A program made the translations under genes and the position numbers. From a virus (lineage: Duplodnaviria; Heunggongvirae; Uroviricota; Caudoviricetes), in IMG/VR virus record IMGVR_UViG_3300020057_001228, positions 1 to 64,000 of that record: a stretch of DNA of 64,000 nt; one strand, given 5' to 3'. Position 1 is the stretch's first letter. Each line of letters starts with the position of its first letter. Positions 53,679 through 62,996 of this stretch are shown piece after piece. The notes under the pieces are model-generated. The model was not told where the DNA came from. It did no database searches and saw only the letters and a program-made list of their open reading frames with translations.

Positions 53679-53913
53679 AAGAACTCATAAGGCGGCGTAG
53701 AGTAGATAGGTTCACAGAGGACCTTAATACAGAGCTAGGAGCTTATCTATGCCGCTATGGGAACGTCCAGCCCAGTGAGTACTATGCTATGGAGGATGCC
53801 GAAGCAGAAGCCTGGGCACTCTCCATAGCTACACTCATACAAGCCGAAGATAAGAAGTGGTCAAGCCGAATGACAAACGATCTAATAGCCTCGAATAGTG
53901 GGTTCTTAAGATA

Positions 53914-55599
53914 ATGGCAAAGAACACAGCTAGATTAGCCCAACAGGCTAAAGCTCAGGCGCAAACAGATAAGGTTGTCCAGGCTTTACCTAGGGGTTCA
54001 GCCAAGCAGGCTGGTAGTTCTATCCTGCTTGGCACTATCGCTAATATCAACGGCTTCCTCGCTAACCCTGATGCGATTAGACTTCAGGAGTACGAGAGAG
54101 CCCTCACGACGGATGAGACGGTAGCTGGAGCCATTGACTTCATACAGCTATCTCTCATTGCGTCTATGGGTGAGTATCAACATCCTAGGGAAGATATTCG
54201 TAGGTTTGTTCAAGAGAACCTAGACAATATGGAAGGTAACTTCAGACAGGCACTTGGAGAGATGGTTCTCTCTGCGCTATGGTCTGGCTTTGCCTGCTCT
54301 GAGATGGTCTGGCGTGTTGATGGTGGTTCTTTGTGGCTAGAGAGAATGGCCAACTACCATCCTGGTTCTATTCATATGGCTGTAGACCGCAACGGTTATC
54401 TAACCGAGGGTGGTGAGCCTATGATGCCTGGTTCCAAGACACCTGGTGTCTATCAGATGTCACCTGTCAAAGGTTGGGGAACATATCTCCCACTACCGAT
54501 GAACAAGCTGTGCATCCTAACCCATCGTAAGCGCCACAATAACTACTACGGTGAATCTATCATCCGTAGAATCTACAAGCTCTGGAAGTACAAAGACCCA
54601 GGCCTAGAGATGTGGGCTATCGCTCTAGACCGCTATGGTACACCTGTTGTGTACGCAGTCGTTCCAAACCTACCTACAGGTAGAGAGATTGGTGACAGCT
54701 ACTCTGAGGGTGGTAAGCGTGCTGAGACGATGGCTGATTCAGCCTCTGTAGCACTCGCGGGTATCCATACTGGTACTGGTCTAGTACTAGAGAACCCAGA
54801 CCCACAGAATGAAATCCAGCTTGGAACTTTGAGCACTGGTAACAACTATGGCACTAGCTTTGAGAACTTCATCGGCCACCTAGACCGTGGTATGTACAGG
54901 GGTATGCTTATCCCACAACTAGTGTTCAGTGATGGCAAAGGTGGTATGAACTCTACCGCTCAGACTCACTTCGCTGTATACCAAGCTATGATCAAAGCGT
55001 TGTACTCTCAGTTCGTAGAGCAGTTCACGGAGCAAGTCATTGGTCGTCTGATCCGCTACAACTTTAATGAGACTAATCCTGGTAAGTTTCCATGGATCCC
55101 GTTTGACCCAACTATCTCTAGCACCATTACTAATGCTTTAGACAAGATGGTAGACAAAGGTGTTGTGGATACTTCTGATATTACAGACCTCAACATTGTT
55201 CGTCAGATCATTGGTCTACCAAGCAAGGAACAGGCTATGGTCAAGGACATCCACCAACTTGTAGAAGACAAGAGTGAGGCCACCAGATCTAAGGTCAACA
55301 TCGCACAGATCAGGGCAGATGCTCAGGTCAAAGTGGCTGGTATGCGTACAGAGACTAAGGAAGTTCCTAAAGAGAACGCTGCCCCAGAGGACATTCATGG
55401 CCAGCACGCTCTGGATCTGGATACTATCGATGTAGAACATCAGAACGATATGGAGAAGATGCTCAAGCAGCATGAGCTCGATATTGAGAAGCTGAAGATC
55501 ACACAGCAGCACCAGAAGGAAACAGCGAAGATCAATGCTAAGGCAAAGGCTTCGATGCCTAAACCTGCGGTACCTAAGAAGCCTGCTGGAGGCAAGTAA
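53914..55599 (+). CDS. putative portal protein (561 aa)
   Basis: Size and position at head of capsid module upstream of scaffold-like and capsid genes; charged C-terminal tail. Confidence 0.4.
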   Translation: MAKNTARLAQQAKAQAQTDKVVQALPRGSAKQAGSSILLGTIANINGFLANPDAIRLQEYERALTTDETVAGAIDFIQLSLIASMGEYQHPREDIRRFVQENLDNMEGNFRQALGEMVLSALWSGFACSEMVWRVDGGSLWLERMANYHPGSIHMAVDRNGYLTEGGEPMMPGSKTPGVYQMSPVKGWGTYLPLPMNKLCILTHRKRHNNYYGESIIRRIYKLWKYKDPGLEMWAIALDRYGTPVVYAVVPNLPTGREIGDSYSEGGKRAETMADSASVALAGIHTGTGLVLENPDPQNEIQLGTLSTGNNYGTSFENFIGHLDRGMYRGMLIPQLVFSDGKGGMNSTAQTHFAVYQAMIKALYSQFVEQFTEQVIGRLIRYNFNETNPGKFPWIPFDPTISSTITNALDKMVDKGVVDTSDITDLNIVRQIIGLPSKEQAMVKDIHQLVEDKSEATRSKVNIAQIRADAQVKVAGMRTETKEVPKENAAPEDIHGQHALDLDTIDVEHQNDMEKMLKQHELDIEKLKITQQHQKETAKINAKAKASMPKPAVPKKPAGGK

Positions 55600-55934
55600 T
55601 GCCTGCTAACTATGCACCGGTAGTTTACCAAGGCGATAACTTTCTTATGCCTATGACTTTGGTAAACGCTGACCCAGGCGAGACACCTATAGATATCACA
55701 GGGTGGACTTTCCAAGGTGATATCAAGCCATTCCTGGGCTCTCCTACTACCTTGGCATCGTTTACAATAAACATCGTCAGTGCAGTGGATGGGGAACTAG
55801 CTGCATCGCTTAGTCCAGCCCAGACTGTATTACTGCCTCAGAATTGCGTATATGATATAGAGGCAACAAAGGCAGACTTAACTATAGAGACGCTACTCTT
55901 TGGTAGGATCACGGTTCTGCAGCAGGTGACATAA
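55599..55934 (+). CDS. virion module protein (111 aa)
   Basis: TAATG coupling with portal. Confidence 0.45.
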   Translation: MPANYAPVVYQGDNFLMPMTLVNADPGETPIDITGWTFQGDIKPFLGSPTTLASFTINIVSAVDGELAASLSPAQTVLLPQNCVYDIEATKADLTIETLLFGRITVLQQVT

Positions 55935-56404
55935 TGAGTGACCCGTTAGTTAAGATCGTTGAACGGGATCCTATCAAGCTACAGGTTAGTCCTCAGACTA
56001 CAGTAGTAATCAAAGTAGGAGCTCTACGAGGACCAGCAGGCCCTACAGGACCCTCTAGCCCAAATACGACAGCTTCGGCTGTTGCAGGTCAGACTATGGG
56101 TGGCCAGAAGGTTGTCTACTCTAACGTAGACGGTAAGGCCTACCTGGTGAACAACACCACAGTATCACAGGCTGGAAAGATTCTAGGGTTCACTGATACT
56201 GCTGTGGTAGCTGATGCAACCTTCGATGTTGTTAACGGGGGTACTGTTCTACTCTCTGGACTTGTACCAGGAGATAGATACTACGCAGGGCTTACAGGAG
56301 GCGTAACTAATACACGTCCAACTGTGGGATTTGTACAACAGGTGGGTATCGCTATGACTACTACGGTTCTAGCAATACAGATATGTATGCCGATAGTTTT
56401 ATAG
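55934..56404 (+). CDS. beta-rich structural protein, paralog A (156 aa)
   Basis: Similar to 56417..56929 (Ala/Gly/Thr/Val-rich). Confidence 0.45.
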   Translation: MSDPLVKIVERDPIKLQVSPQTTVVIKVGALRGPAGPTGPSSPNTTASAVAGQTMGGQKVVYSNVDGKAYLVNNTTVSQAGKILGFTDTAVVADATFDVVNGGTVLLSGLVPGDRYYAGLTGGVTNTRPTVGFVQQVGIAMTTTVLAIQICMPIVL

Positions 56405-56416
56405 GAGATCTAAGTC

Positions 56417-56929
56417 ATGGCAGGTAAGAAGTACATTAAGCTCAACACCGTGGGCAACCTAGAGCAGGAAGCGTCTGTCGACGTATCCGCAGGTGCGGGT
56501 GATGCTACTAAGATCGTTGCGCTAGACGCCAATGGTCTGATCAGTAGAACTATGATCCCTACAACCCCAGCTCGTACCTTTACAGCTTCCGAAGCTATCG
56601 CAGCCGGTGCGTTTGTAAACATCTGGGATTCTACGGGAACCAAGGTCCGTAATGCCGATGCTTCTGGTGGTGTGGCTAAAGGTGCTGACGGCGTAGCTGT
56701 TTCTGCTATCAGTAATGCTGCTAGTGGGATTATCGACTTGGACGACCTAATAATCGGTGGTCTGGTAGGCCTCACAGTAGGCGCTTACTACTTCCTTGAC
56801 GCCGTTACACCTGGTGCTATCACAGCAACACCTCCTACAACTGCTGGACATATTGTACAGAAGGTTGGTAAGGCTATCTCTACTACCGAGCTAGCGGTGG
56901 AGATTGACGATCCTATTATCCTAGCTTAA
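56417..56929 (+). CDS. beta-rich structural protein, paralog B (170 aa)
   Basis: Paralog of 55934..56404. Confidence 0.45.
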   Translation: MAGKKYIKLNTVGNLEQEASVDVSAGAGDATKIVALDANGLISRTMIPTTPARTFTASEAIAAGAFVNIWDSTGTKVRNADASGGVAKGADGVAVSAISNAASGIIDLDDLIIGGLVGLTVGAYYFLDAVTPGAITATPPTTAGHIVQKVGKAISTTELAVEIDDPIILA

Positions 56930-56949
56930 GTTTTTAGCTAGGTGGTACC

Positions 56950-57309
56950 ATGGCTACTAAAGTACTGAAGATCAACGCTGGCGGGCATCTTGAAGAGGTG
57001 CCCGTACTTGATGCTACAGACATGGCTAACCACTACCACGCACGTGCACAGTACTGCGAGCCTAAAGCTGTTACAGCTGATGGACTAGATACAGGACAGA
57101 CGTGTTGGAATAGTGCTGCTAAGACTACTGTCTACTACGAAGAGACAATCGCTTGGTCTGTTGATAGGTTAACGGCGACTCAAACTGAAGACTACTATGA
57201 CAACGCTGGCACGGCTAAAGGCCAAGTCGTTACTGTGCATATCTATGATGTCGATGGTAACTGGCTCAATGGTACTCAGACTGTCCCACTAGGGTCAGGA
57301 GGACTGTAA
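56950..57309 (+). CDS. virion module protein (119 aa)
   Basis: Clean ORF. Confidence 0.45.
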   Translation: MATKVLKINAGGHLEEVPVLDATDMANHYHARAQYCEPKAVTADGLDTGQTCWNSAAKTTVYYEETIAWSVDRLTATQTEDYYDNAGTAKGQVVTVHIYDVDGNWLNGTQTVPLGSGGL

Positions 57310-58130
57310 TGGGTATCCACCAGCTTATGAAGAACGTAGGACTTAGGTTCGGCGCTGACAATGCTGTTGGTGAGAACTCAGGTACTCCTACGTCTACAAC
57401 GATCCTTGGTAGACTTAAAGCTATTGCTGACGCTATTACAGCTCGCTTCAGTGTTCTTGGTCAACAGACTATGGCTAACAGTACTTCGATTGTTGTAGCC
57501 TCAAACCAATCAGCTATCCCCGTCAGCCAAAACGGTACATGGACTGTAGGGCGTACATGGAGTCTGTCTTCGGGCACTGACTCGATTACTGCTGTGCAGT
57601 CTGGTACTTGGGCTGTTAATCAGACACAGATAAGTGGTACTGCTATTACACTTGGGCAGAAAGCTATGGCTGCCTCTTACCCGGTGGTTATCGCCTCAGA
57701 CCAACCACCACTAGACACCTACCCAGACTGGACTGTAAACAGGACAATCATCCATAGGCGTGGGGCTATCACCCAAGCCAGCTTAACAGAAGCTGTTCTG
57801 TCTAACGCTACAGCCGTACCTGGTGGCGAAAGTGCCCAAGCAATAAACTACACAACACCAGCATCCGGCCCTATCTTCTATCTAACCCGTATTACTGTAG
57901 CTACCTTAGCTCAATCTTTGAACAACGTATGTTCTGTAACGATCAGAGATGGTGCAGGTGGTACACGTACACAGGCAGTAAGTATACATACTGAGTACGA
58001 AGCTATGGCCCATGCAGAGTTCAATCCCCCAATCCCTATGCCGGCTAACACTGCTATACAAGTTCTAGTTGACCAGAGTACTACAACCTCTACAACCTAC
58101 CGTATCTCTTTTGGAGGTTACGAGCAGTAA
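57309..58130 (+). CDS. structural protein (273 aa), Ser/Thr/Gly-rich, fiber or decoration-like
   Basis: ATGA coupling; composition. Confidence 0.45.
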   Translation: MGIHQLMKNVGLRFGADNAVGENSGTPTSTTILGRLKAIADAITARFSVLGQQTMANSTSIVVASNQSAIPVSQNGTWTVGRTWSLSSGTDSITAVQSGTWAVNQTQISGTAITLGQKAMAASYPVVIASDQPPLDTYPDWTVNRTIIHRRGAITQASLTEAVLSNATAVPGGESAQAINYTTPASGPIFYLTRITVATLAQSLNNVCSVTIRDGAGGTRTQAVSIHTEYEAMAHAEFNPPIPMPANTAIQVLVDQSTTTSTTYRISFGGYEQ

Positions 58131-59032
58131 TGGACTACTCTTCACTGCTAGCGAATGTTAGACACCACAACTCTCAGATCCTCGTAGAGGACGCTGGGGC
58201 CTATTACAAAGTGTCTACATACCCACCTAAAATGGGACTCATAACCTGTGTTGTGAACAAGGGTACAGAGGATGCTACGGCTTTAGAATCTATCCAGCCG
58301 TACTGGAATATACCTACAGCTACTGAAGAGTTTAGGTTCATCACGCATAAGTTCAACAACCCTGCATCGTGGGATGGTAGAACTAATGGAGACCCTGCTG
58401 CTTCTTGGGCAGCTGACAATGGTGGCGTTTTTTATGATGACGTCCACTATAAATGGCTAGATGTTAATGGTGACCCTGTCTGTCATCTAGATACCATGGA
58501 TGGGGGTGTAGGCTCTATATGGCGGGATGAAGAGGATGAGATCATTGTCCAATACAACGCTGTTACCAGTCATTGGGAGCGCGTAGACAACAGTGCTAAC
58601 GTAACTTCTAGCCGCTGGTCCATTGTCCCTTATCCTAATACGAAGATGGCGTTAATCCAGGCTAAGAGCTTATTCCACTACCAGGCTACAATCCAACCTG
58701 TAGCCGAAGGTGTTCCTGGTGCACTACGGTACATTGTCTATATGTACCTACCGGAAGGTTACGCAGGCCCTGGAGCCCCAGCAGGAATATACCCGGTTAA
58801 GCAGTTTGTCTATCAACAGACCGAGCTTCTAGCTTTAGCTGCTAACCAAGATGACAAAGATGAATCAACTGGTATGGTTAGTTCTCTTTACGACTACAGG
58901 ATTACCAGCATTGTGCACATCGACAGTAGGATGGCTATGAGGTTAGATATACAACTAGATGGCCACCTACCAGTCTTATCAAACTACCCAGCCCTAGCCT
59001 CATTCATTGGAAACAAGATCGCGAGCTTCTAA
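58130..59032 (+). CDS. structural protein (300 aa)
   Basis: ATGA coupling. Confidence 0.45.
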   Translation: MDYSSLLANVRHHNSQILVEDAGAYYKVSTYPPKMGLITCVVNKGTEDATALESIQPYWNIPTATEEFRFITHKFNNPASWDGRTNGDPAASWAADNGGVFYDDVHYKWLDVNGDPVCHLDTMDGGVGSIWRDEEDEIIVQYNAVTSHWERVDNSANVTSSRWSIVPYPNTKMALIQAKSLFHYQATIQPVAEGVPGALRYIVYMYLPEGYAGPGAPAGIYPVKQFVYQQTELLALAANQDDKDESTGMVSSLYDYRITSIVHIDSRMAMRLDIQLDGHLPVLSNYPALASFIGNKIASF

Positions 59033-59526
59033 TGGGTAAAGCTTTTTATCTGGACAGCACTAACATCCTTAAACCTGGTGATATCTTAATCTCTCGTATG
59101 GACTGGTGGCACCCTGTACATCTACTTGTAGCAGCGACTACTAGGTCTCAATTCGTGCATGCATCTTTGTATATAGGTGACGGGTGGGAGTGGTCTGTAG
59201 AGGCCTTTGGTTCCCGTCTACGTAGGTCTCCAACTGACAACGTGTGGATTTACAGACCTTTGCAAGCAGAGGCTGCAATCAAGGCTGTGGAGTTAGCACT
59301 GGCGAACCCTGTGACGGGTTACAACTGGTCTGGTGCGGTATGGACTGGTGTGCGGGCGGCCGAGACCAACAGGTCCGCCCTGCACCGTCCATCTACCGCC
59401 AAGTACTGCTTTGAAGCTGTCACAGATGTATATGCTAAGTGTGAATATGATCTTGTTCCACGTCTAGACGATGGTGCAGTTCTAGGTAAGGATATCGTAA
59501 GTAGCGATCTTCTTGTTAGGTTATGA
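59032..59526 (+). CDS. permuted NlpC/P60 (YiiX-like) papain-fold peptidase, likely virion-associated cell-wall hydrolase
   Basis: GDILISR...TRSQFVHASLYIGDG (His) preceding KYCFEAV (Cys): His-before-Cys order of permuted NlpC/P60. Confidence 0.4.
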   Translation: MGKAFYLDSTNILKPGDILISRMDWWHPVHLLVAATTRSQFVHASLYIGDGWEWSVEAFGSRLRRSPTDNVWIYRPLQAEAAIKAVELALANPVTGYNWSGAVWTGVRAAETNRSALHRPSTAKYCFEAVTDVYAKCEYDLVPRLDDGAVLGKDIVSSDLLVRL

Positions 59527-59580
59527 TGCTTAGATGATCCCAGTACTTTGTAGTGCATAGTGTAAGCAAGGAGATCCTGT

Positions 59581-60951
59581 ATGCTTGACACTGTTAATGA
59601 AAACTGTACTACTGATACTTCAGTAGCGCCTGTAACAGCAGAGGGAGAATACCAGAACATGTTAAAGATTCCCGTAGCCCGTTTAGGTTCTTGGTACCAT
59701 CCCGCGTACGGTATTGTTTCGTTTACCCAAAAAGACTTCAATGAGATGATTCAAAACTTCTCTTCGAATGAATTGGGTTTCCCACCATACATGCGTTATG
59801 GACATGACATAGGTGCTCAGGGTGAAGGCATTGTCGATGCTGACCCATCCAGAGGACTTATAACCAGTCTTGTTCAGGACGGTGAGGTACTTTTTAGCTT
59901 AGTGGTAGCTAGCGACGTAAATGCAGTTGCAGACGTTCGTGAAAAGCGCTATCGTTTTGCTTCAGCAGAACTTCTACGTAATGTAGATTCTAAGAATACT
60001 GGTGAAAAGATTGGTACAGTACTTAAAGCAATCTCTCTAACCAACGCACCATTCCTACCTAACCTACCTCAGTGTGAAGCTCTCTCAGAGTCTAGTGATC
60101 CTCTTACCACACCAGGGTTCTTTGTATTGAACCTTGCTCAGCCTACAGTCATTGAGCCTGTGGTTGAGACGGTAGAGCATGAGGCTGAAGAGATGAGTCT
60201 ACTGGCAAGACTAGAAAAGAAGGTCACAGCAATGTATGATAAGTTGACCGGCTTCCTAGACAAGGATCAGGTAGAAGAAACCGCTAGCCAATTTTCCCAA
60301 CCAGGTGATATAGTCACGCTAGAAACTGTAGCTGATCAAGAAGAGCAGATTGTGCAAGAAGATCATGCTTTAAGTGGTAGTGTTATCTCAGAGGAGCAGG
60401 AGACTACTCAGATGTCAGAAGAGAACAAGACAGAGGAACAGCAGGAAGAGCCTAAGGTGGCTCCTGCTGCCGCTCAAGACGAGAGTCTTAGCCAGAACGT
60501 GGCCAAGCTCATGGAAGAGATGGTTGCTATGAAGGCTACCCTTGATGCCACTGTGGCAGAGAAGGATGCTCTTAAGCACGAGCTCTCCAGCGCTAAGGCA
60601 ACATTGGATGAGACCAGCAAGGCTGCTGAGCTTTTCAGCAACGCACTTGCAACAGAGAAGTTGGATAAGTTGAAGAATGCCCTAGTAGCCGAAGGCATTC
60701 CTCCAACGATGGTTGAGCAGGCATTTAGCCTCGCCGCTTCCATTCCCGTCAAGGAGCTGAAGCTATCAGATGGTGCTTCGGTTTCTATCAGTGAGAAGAT
60801 GGCAGAAGTCCTGCGTACTTTGCCCGCAGATAATCGTGTTAAGTTCGGTCAGGTGGGACACAACTTGTCCACCAGCTCCGCACCGACCACGAGCCCGTTT
60901 GCGGATATCATTGATCGTTACAAAGGCGATATCGGTAAGAGTGGTAAGTAA
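59581..60951 (+). CDS. putative scaffolding protein (456 aa, acidic, coiled-coil)
   Basis: Glu/Gln-rich central region, heptad-like segments; immediately upstream of capsid gene. Confidence 0.4.
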   Translation: MLDTVNENCTTDTSVAPVTAEGEYQNMLKIPVARLGSWYHPAYGIVSFTQKDFNEMIQNFSSNELGFPPYMRYGHDIGAQGEGIVDADPSRGLITSLVQDGEVLFSLVVASDVNAVADVREKRYRFASAELLRNVDSKNTGEKIGTVLKAISLTNAPFLPNLPQCEALSESSDPLTTPGFFVLNLAQPTVIEPVVETVEHEAEEMSLLARLEKKVTAMYDKLTGFLDKDQVEETASQFSQPGDIVTLETVADQEEQIVQEDHALSGSVISEEQETTQMSEENKTEEQQEEPKVAPAAAQDESLSQNVAKLMEEMVAMKATLDATVAEKDALKHELSSAKATLDETSKAAELFSNALATEKLDKLKNALVAEGIPPTMVEQAFSLAASIPVKELKLSDGASVSISEKMAEVLRTLPADNRVKFGQVGHNLSTSSAPTTSPFADIIDRYKGDIGKSGK

Positions 60952-60965
60952 GGAGAGTTAGCTAA

Positions 60966-62066
60966 ATGGCTGGCAATGTAACAGATTACGGTCTAGCAGG
61001 CGATCTCGCTTCGCTAGGTACCACTGTCCTGACCGATATGGCCAGGCAGTTTGAACAGTTCCCAGGCGACCCGATCGCCCAGCTGTTCCCAGCACGCAAC
61101 ATTAACGACATGACAATCGTTATTGAGCGTCTGAAGAATGGTGTTGGTATCGCTCCGATCGTTAACCGCGGTCAGCCCGATGCTATCACTGACAGCGCGC
61201 TAGTCGATCGTAGGATCGTGCAGCCCGTGTTCGTACGTGAGTCTGATTTCATCCCTCAGGATGTTATCAATAACCTTCGTCAGCCAGGTACCCTGAATGA
61301 GAAGGTTGGCCTTGAGTTCGTTGCAGAGCGTATTCGTCGTCTGACTGATCGCAACAACCACCTCTGGGCAGTACTACGTGCACAGGCACTTCTAGGTGGT
61401 ATCAACTACACTGATCCTCGGACCGGTGCTGATATCAACGTGAACATGCAGATCCCTGCTGGTAACCTACGCTCGCTTCTCCCATTGGGCGGTTCTCGCA
61501 CCTGGGATAACACAGCTCAGTCTATGCCTATCAGTGACCTACGTCGTTTCAAGCAGTACATGTACATGACTGCGAAGACCAATCCTACTCACATGATCAT
61601 GCGTTCTAGCTTGAAGCTTCTTCTGGAGCTCAACAAGGACATCGTGACCCGTGTTGAGGGTTCTGGTGCTCGCAACGCTGCTGGCTTCGTTGAGTATGCC
61701 AATGGTGAAGTAAGCCGCATTGGTGGTCTACAGATTCTTATCTGCGACACCAAGTACGACAACCCTGTAAGTGGGGCCAACGAGTTCGTTTGGCCCGTTA
61801 ACAAGGTCGCCGTAGTGGCAATGAGCCACGAACAGGGTGGTGGTGAGTTTGTTGGTCAGACTGTATACGCAGTTGGTGAAGATCCTATGGGTCGTGCCGG
61901 TCTGTGGATGCGCTCCGGTCCTGACACGTCTCCTCCTGCACCTCCAGGGCGTTCTGTGCAGATGGGTAACTGCGGTCTTCCATTCCTCAAGTACCCCGAC
62001 TGGGTCGGTATCCTAACCGTTGGTAACGTGGCCGACATCGACACCGCTATCAACACCGCGATCTAA
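60966..62066 (+). CDS. putative major capsid protein (366 aa)
   Basis: Position after scaffold-like gene; size and composition typical of HK97-fold MCP. Confidence 0.5.
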   Translation: MAGNVTDYGLAGDLASLGTTVLTDMARQFEQFPGDPIAQLFPARNINDMTIVIERLKNGVGIAPIVNRGQPDAITDSALVDRRIVQPVFVRESDFIPQDVINNLRQPGTLNEKVGLEFVAERIRRLTDRNNHLWAVLRAQALLGGINYTDPRTGADINVNMQIPAGNLRSLLPLGGSRTWDNTAQSMPISDLRRFKQYMYMTAKTNPTHMIMRSSLKLLLELNKDIVTRVEGSGARNAAGFVEYANGEVSRIGGLQILICDTKYDNPVSGANEFVWPVNKVAVVAMSHEQGGGEFVGQTVYAVGEDPMGRAGLWMRSGPDTSPPAPPGRSVQMGNCGLPFLKYPDWVGILTVGNVADIDTAINTAI

Positions 62067-62119
62067 GTGAGTAGTGAGGGGGCCAGCTAATACCTGGTCC
62101 CCATAACAAGGAGAAGATA

Positions 62120-62578
62120 ATGGGCCTAAAAACTAATCACGAAGCAATCCGTGGTGTCCGTTCCCGGAAGGGCGTTCTTAACGGTTGCGACGTTTCCCGT
62201 ACTGGCGCTAACCAGCTGACTATGAGCGCAGGCCTAGTGAAGTTTGGCCTAGTTGCAGCAGACATCACCGCTTTAGGTGGTCAGATGCTCAACGAAGGTG
62301 GCGCTGAGAAGGCTGCAACTCTTGCAACTTTCGACAGCACTGCACTAGCTGATGGTAAGTATGTGCTATTCCTGAAGACTGATGGTACGTTGTCTACAAC
62401 CCCTGAGGCTGAGACAGCTCTTACTGACGGTCCTCTAATGGCCATCAATGTACCAGGTACAAATCCTCTAGCACTGCGTCTTGATACACCTTCTGTGCGT
62501 CTAGGCCAGTTCACTAAAGCCGCTGGTGCTATTGCAGCAACAGGCGCCATCGAGTACACTGTACGCGAAGACGCTTAA
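62120..62578 (+). CDS. virion module protein (152 aa)
   Basis: Clean ORF with RBS AAGGAGAAGATAATG. Confidence 0.45.
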   Translation: MGLKTNHEAIRGVRSRKGVLNGCDVSRTGANQLTMSAGLVKFGLVAADITALGGQMLNEGGAEKAATLATFDSTALADGKYVLFLKTDGTLSTTPEAETALTDGPLMAINVPGTNPLALRLDTPSVRLGQFTKAAGAIAATGAIEYTVREDA

Positions 62579-62601
62579 TAACCAGCAATTGGAGTGATTG
62601 A

Positions 62602-62946
62602 ATGAGTGACAAGCTAAGCCTTAGGGTTATCCATCCTCATTACCTGGAAGGTGTTCTGCATTATCCAGGCGACGAGTTGGAGCTAGATCGCACAGAGTAT
62701 GAGAAGGCTGTTTCCGAACAGCCCTTCCCTTACTACCATGTACTGGCGGGCAACCCTGTAGAGACTAAGGCGTATAAGGTTCCTGAACCAACGCCCCTGC
62801 CTCTAGATGACACGGTTCCTCTAGCTATAGAGGCAATGGAGATCGCAGCACATGCGATGAAGGCTGAGGATGCAGGGCTCCCGCTAGACGAGGGTACTGA
62901 AGATCCAGACGAGGATCCAAAGCCAGCTAAGAAGAACAAAAAGTAG
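62602..62946 (+). CDS. virion module protein (114 aa, acidic C-terminus ending KKNKK)
   Basis: Clean ORF. Confidence 0.45.
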   Translation: MSDKLSLRVIHPHYLEGVLHYPGDELELDRTEYEKAVSEQPFPYYHVLAGNPVETKAYKVPEPTPLPLDDTVPLAIEAMEIAAHAMKAEDAGLPLDEGTEDPDEDPKPAKKNKK

Positions 62947-62996
62947 CCAATGGTTGAAGGAGGGGCGGTGATTAATAGTCATCGCCCTATTTTGTT

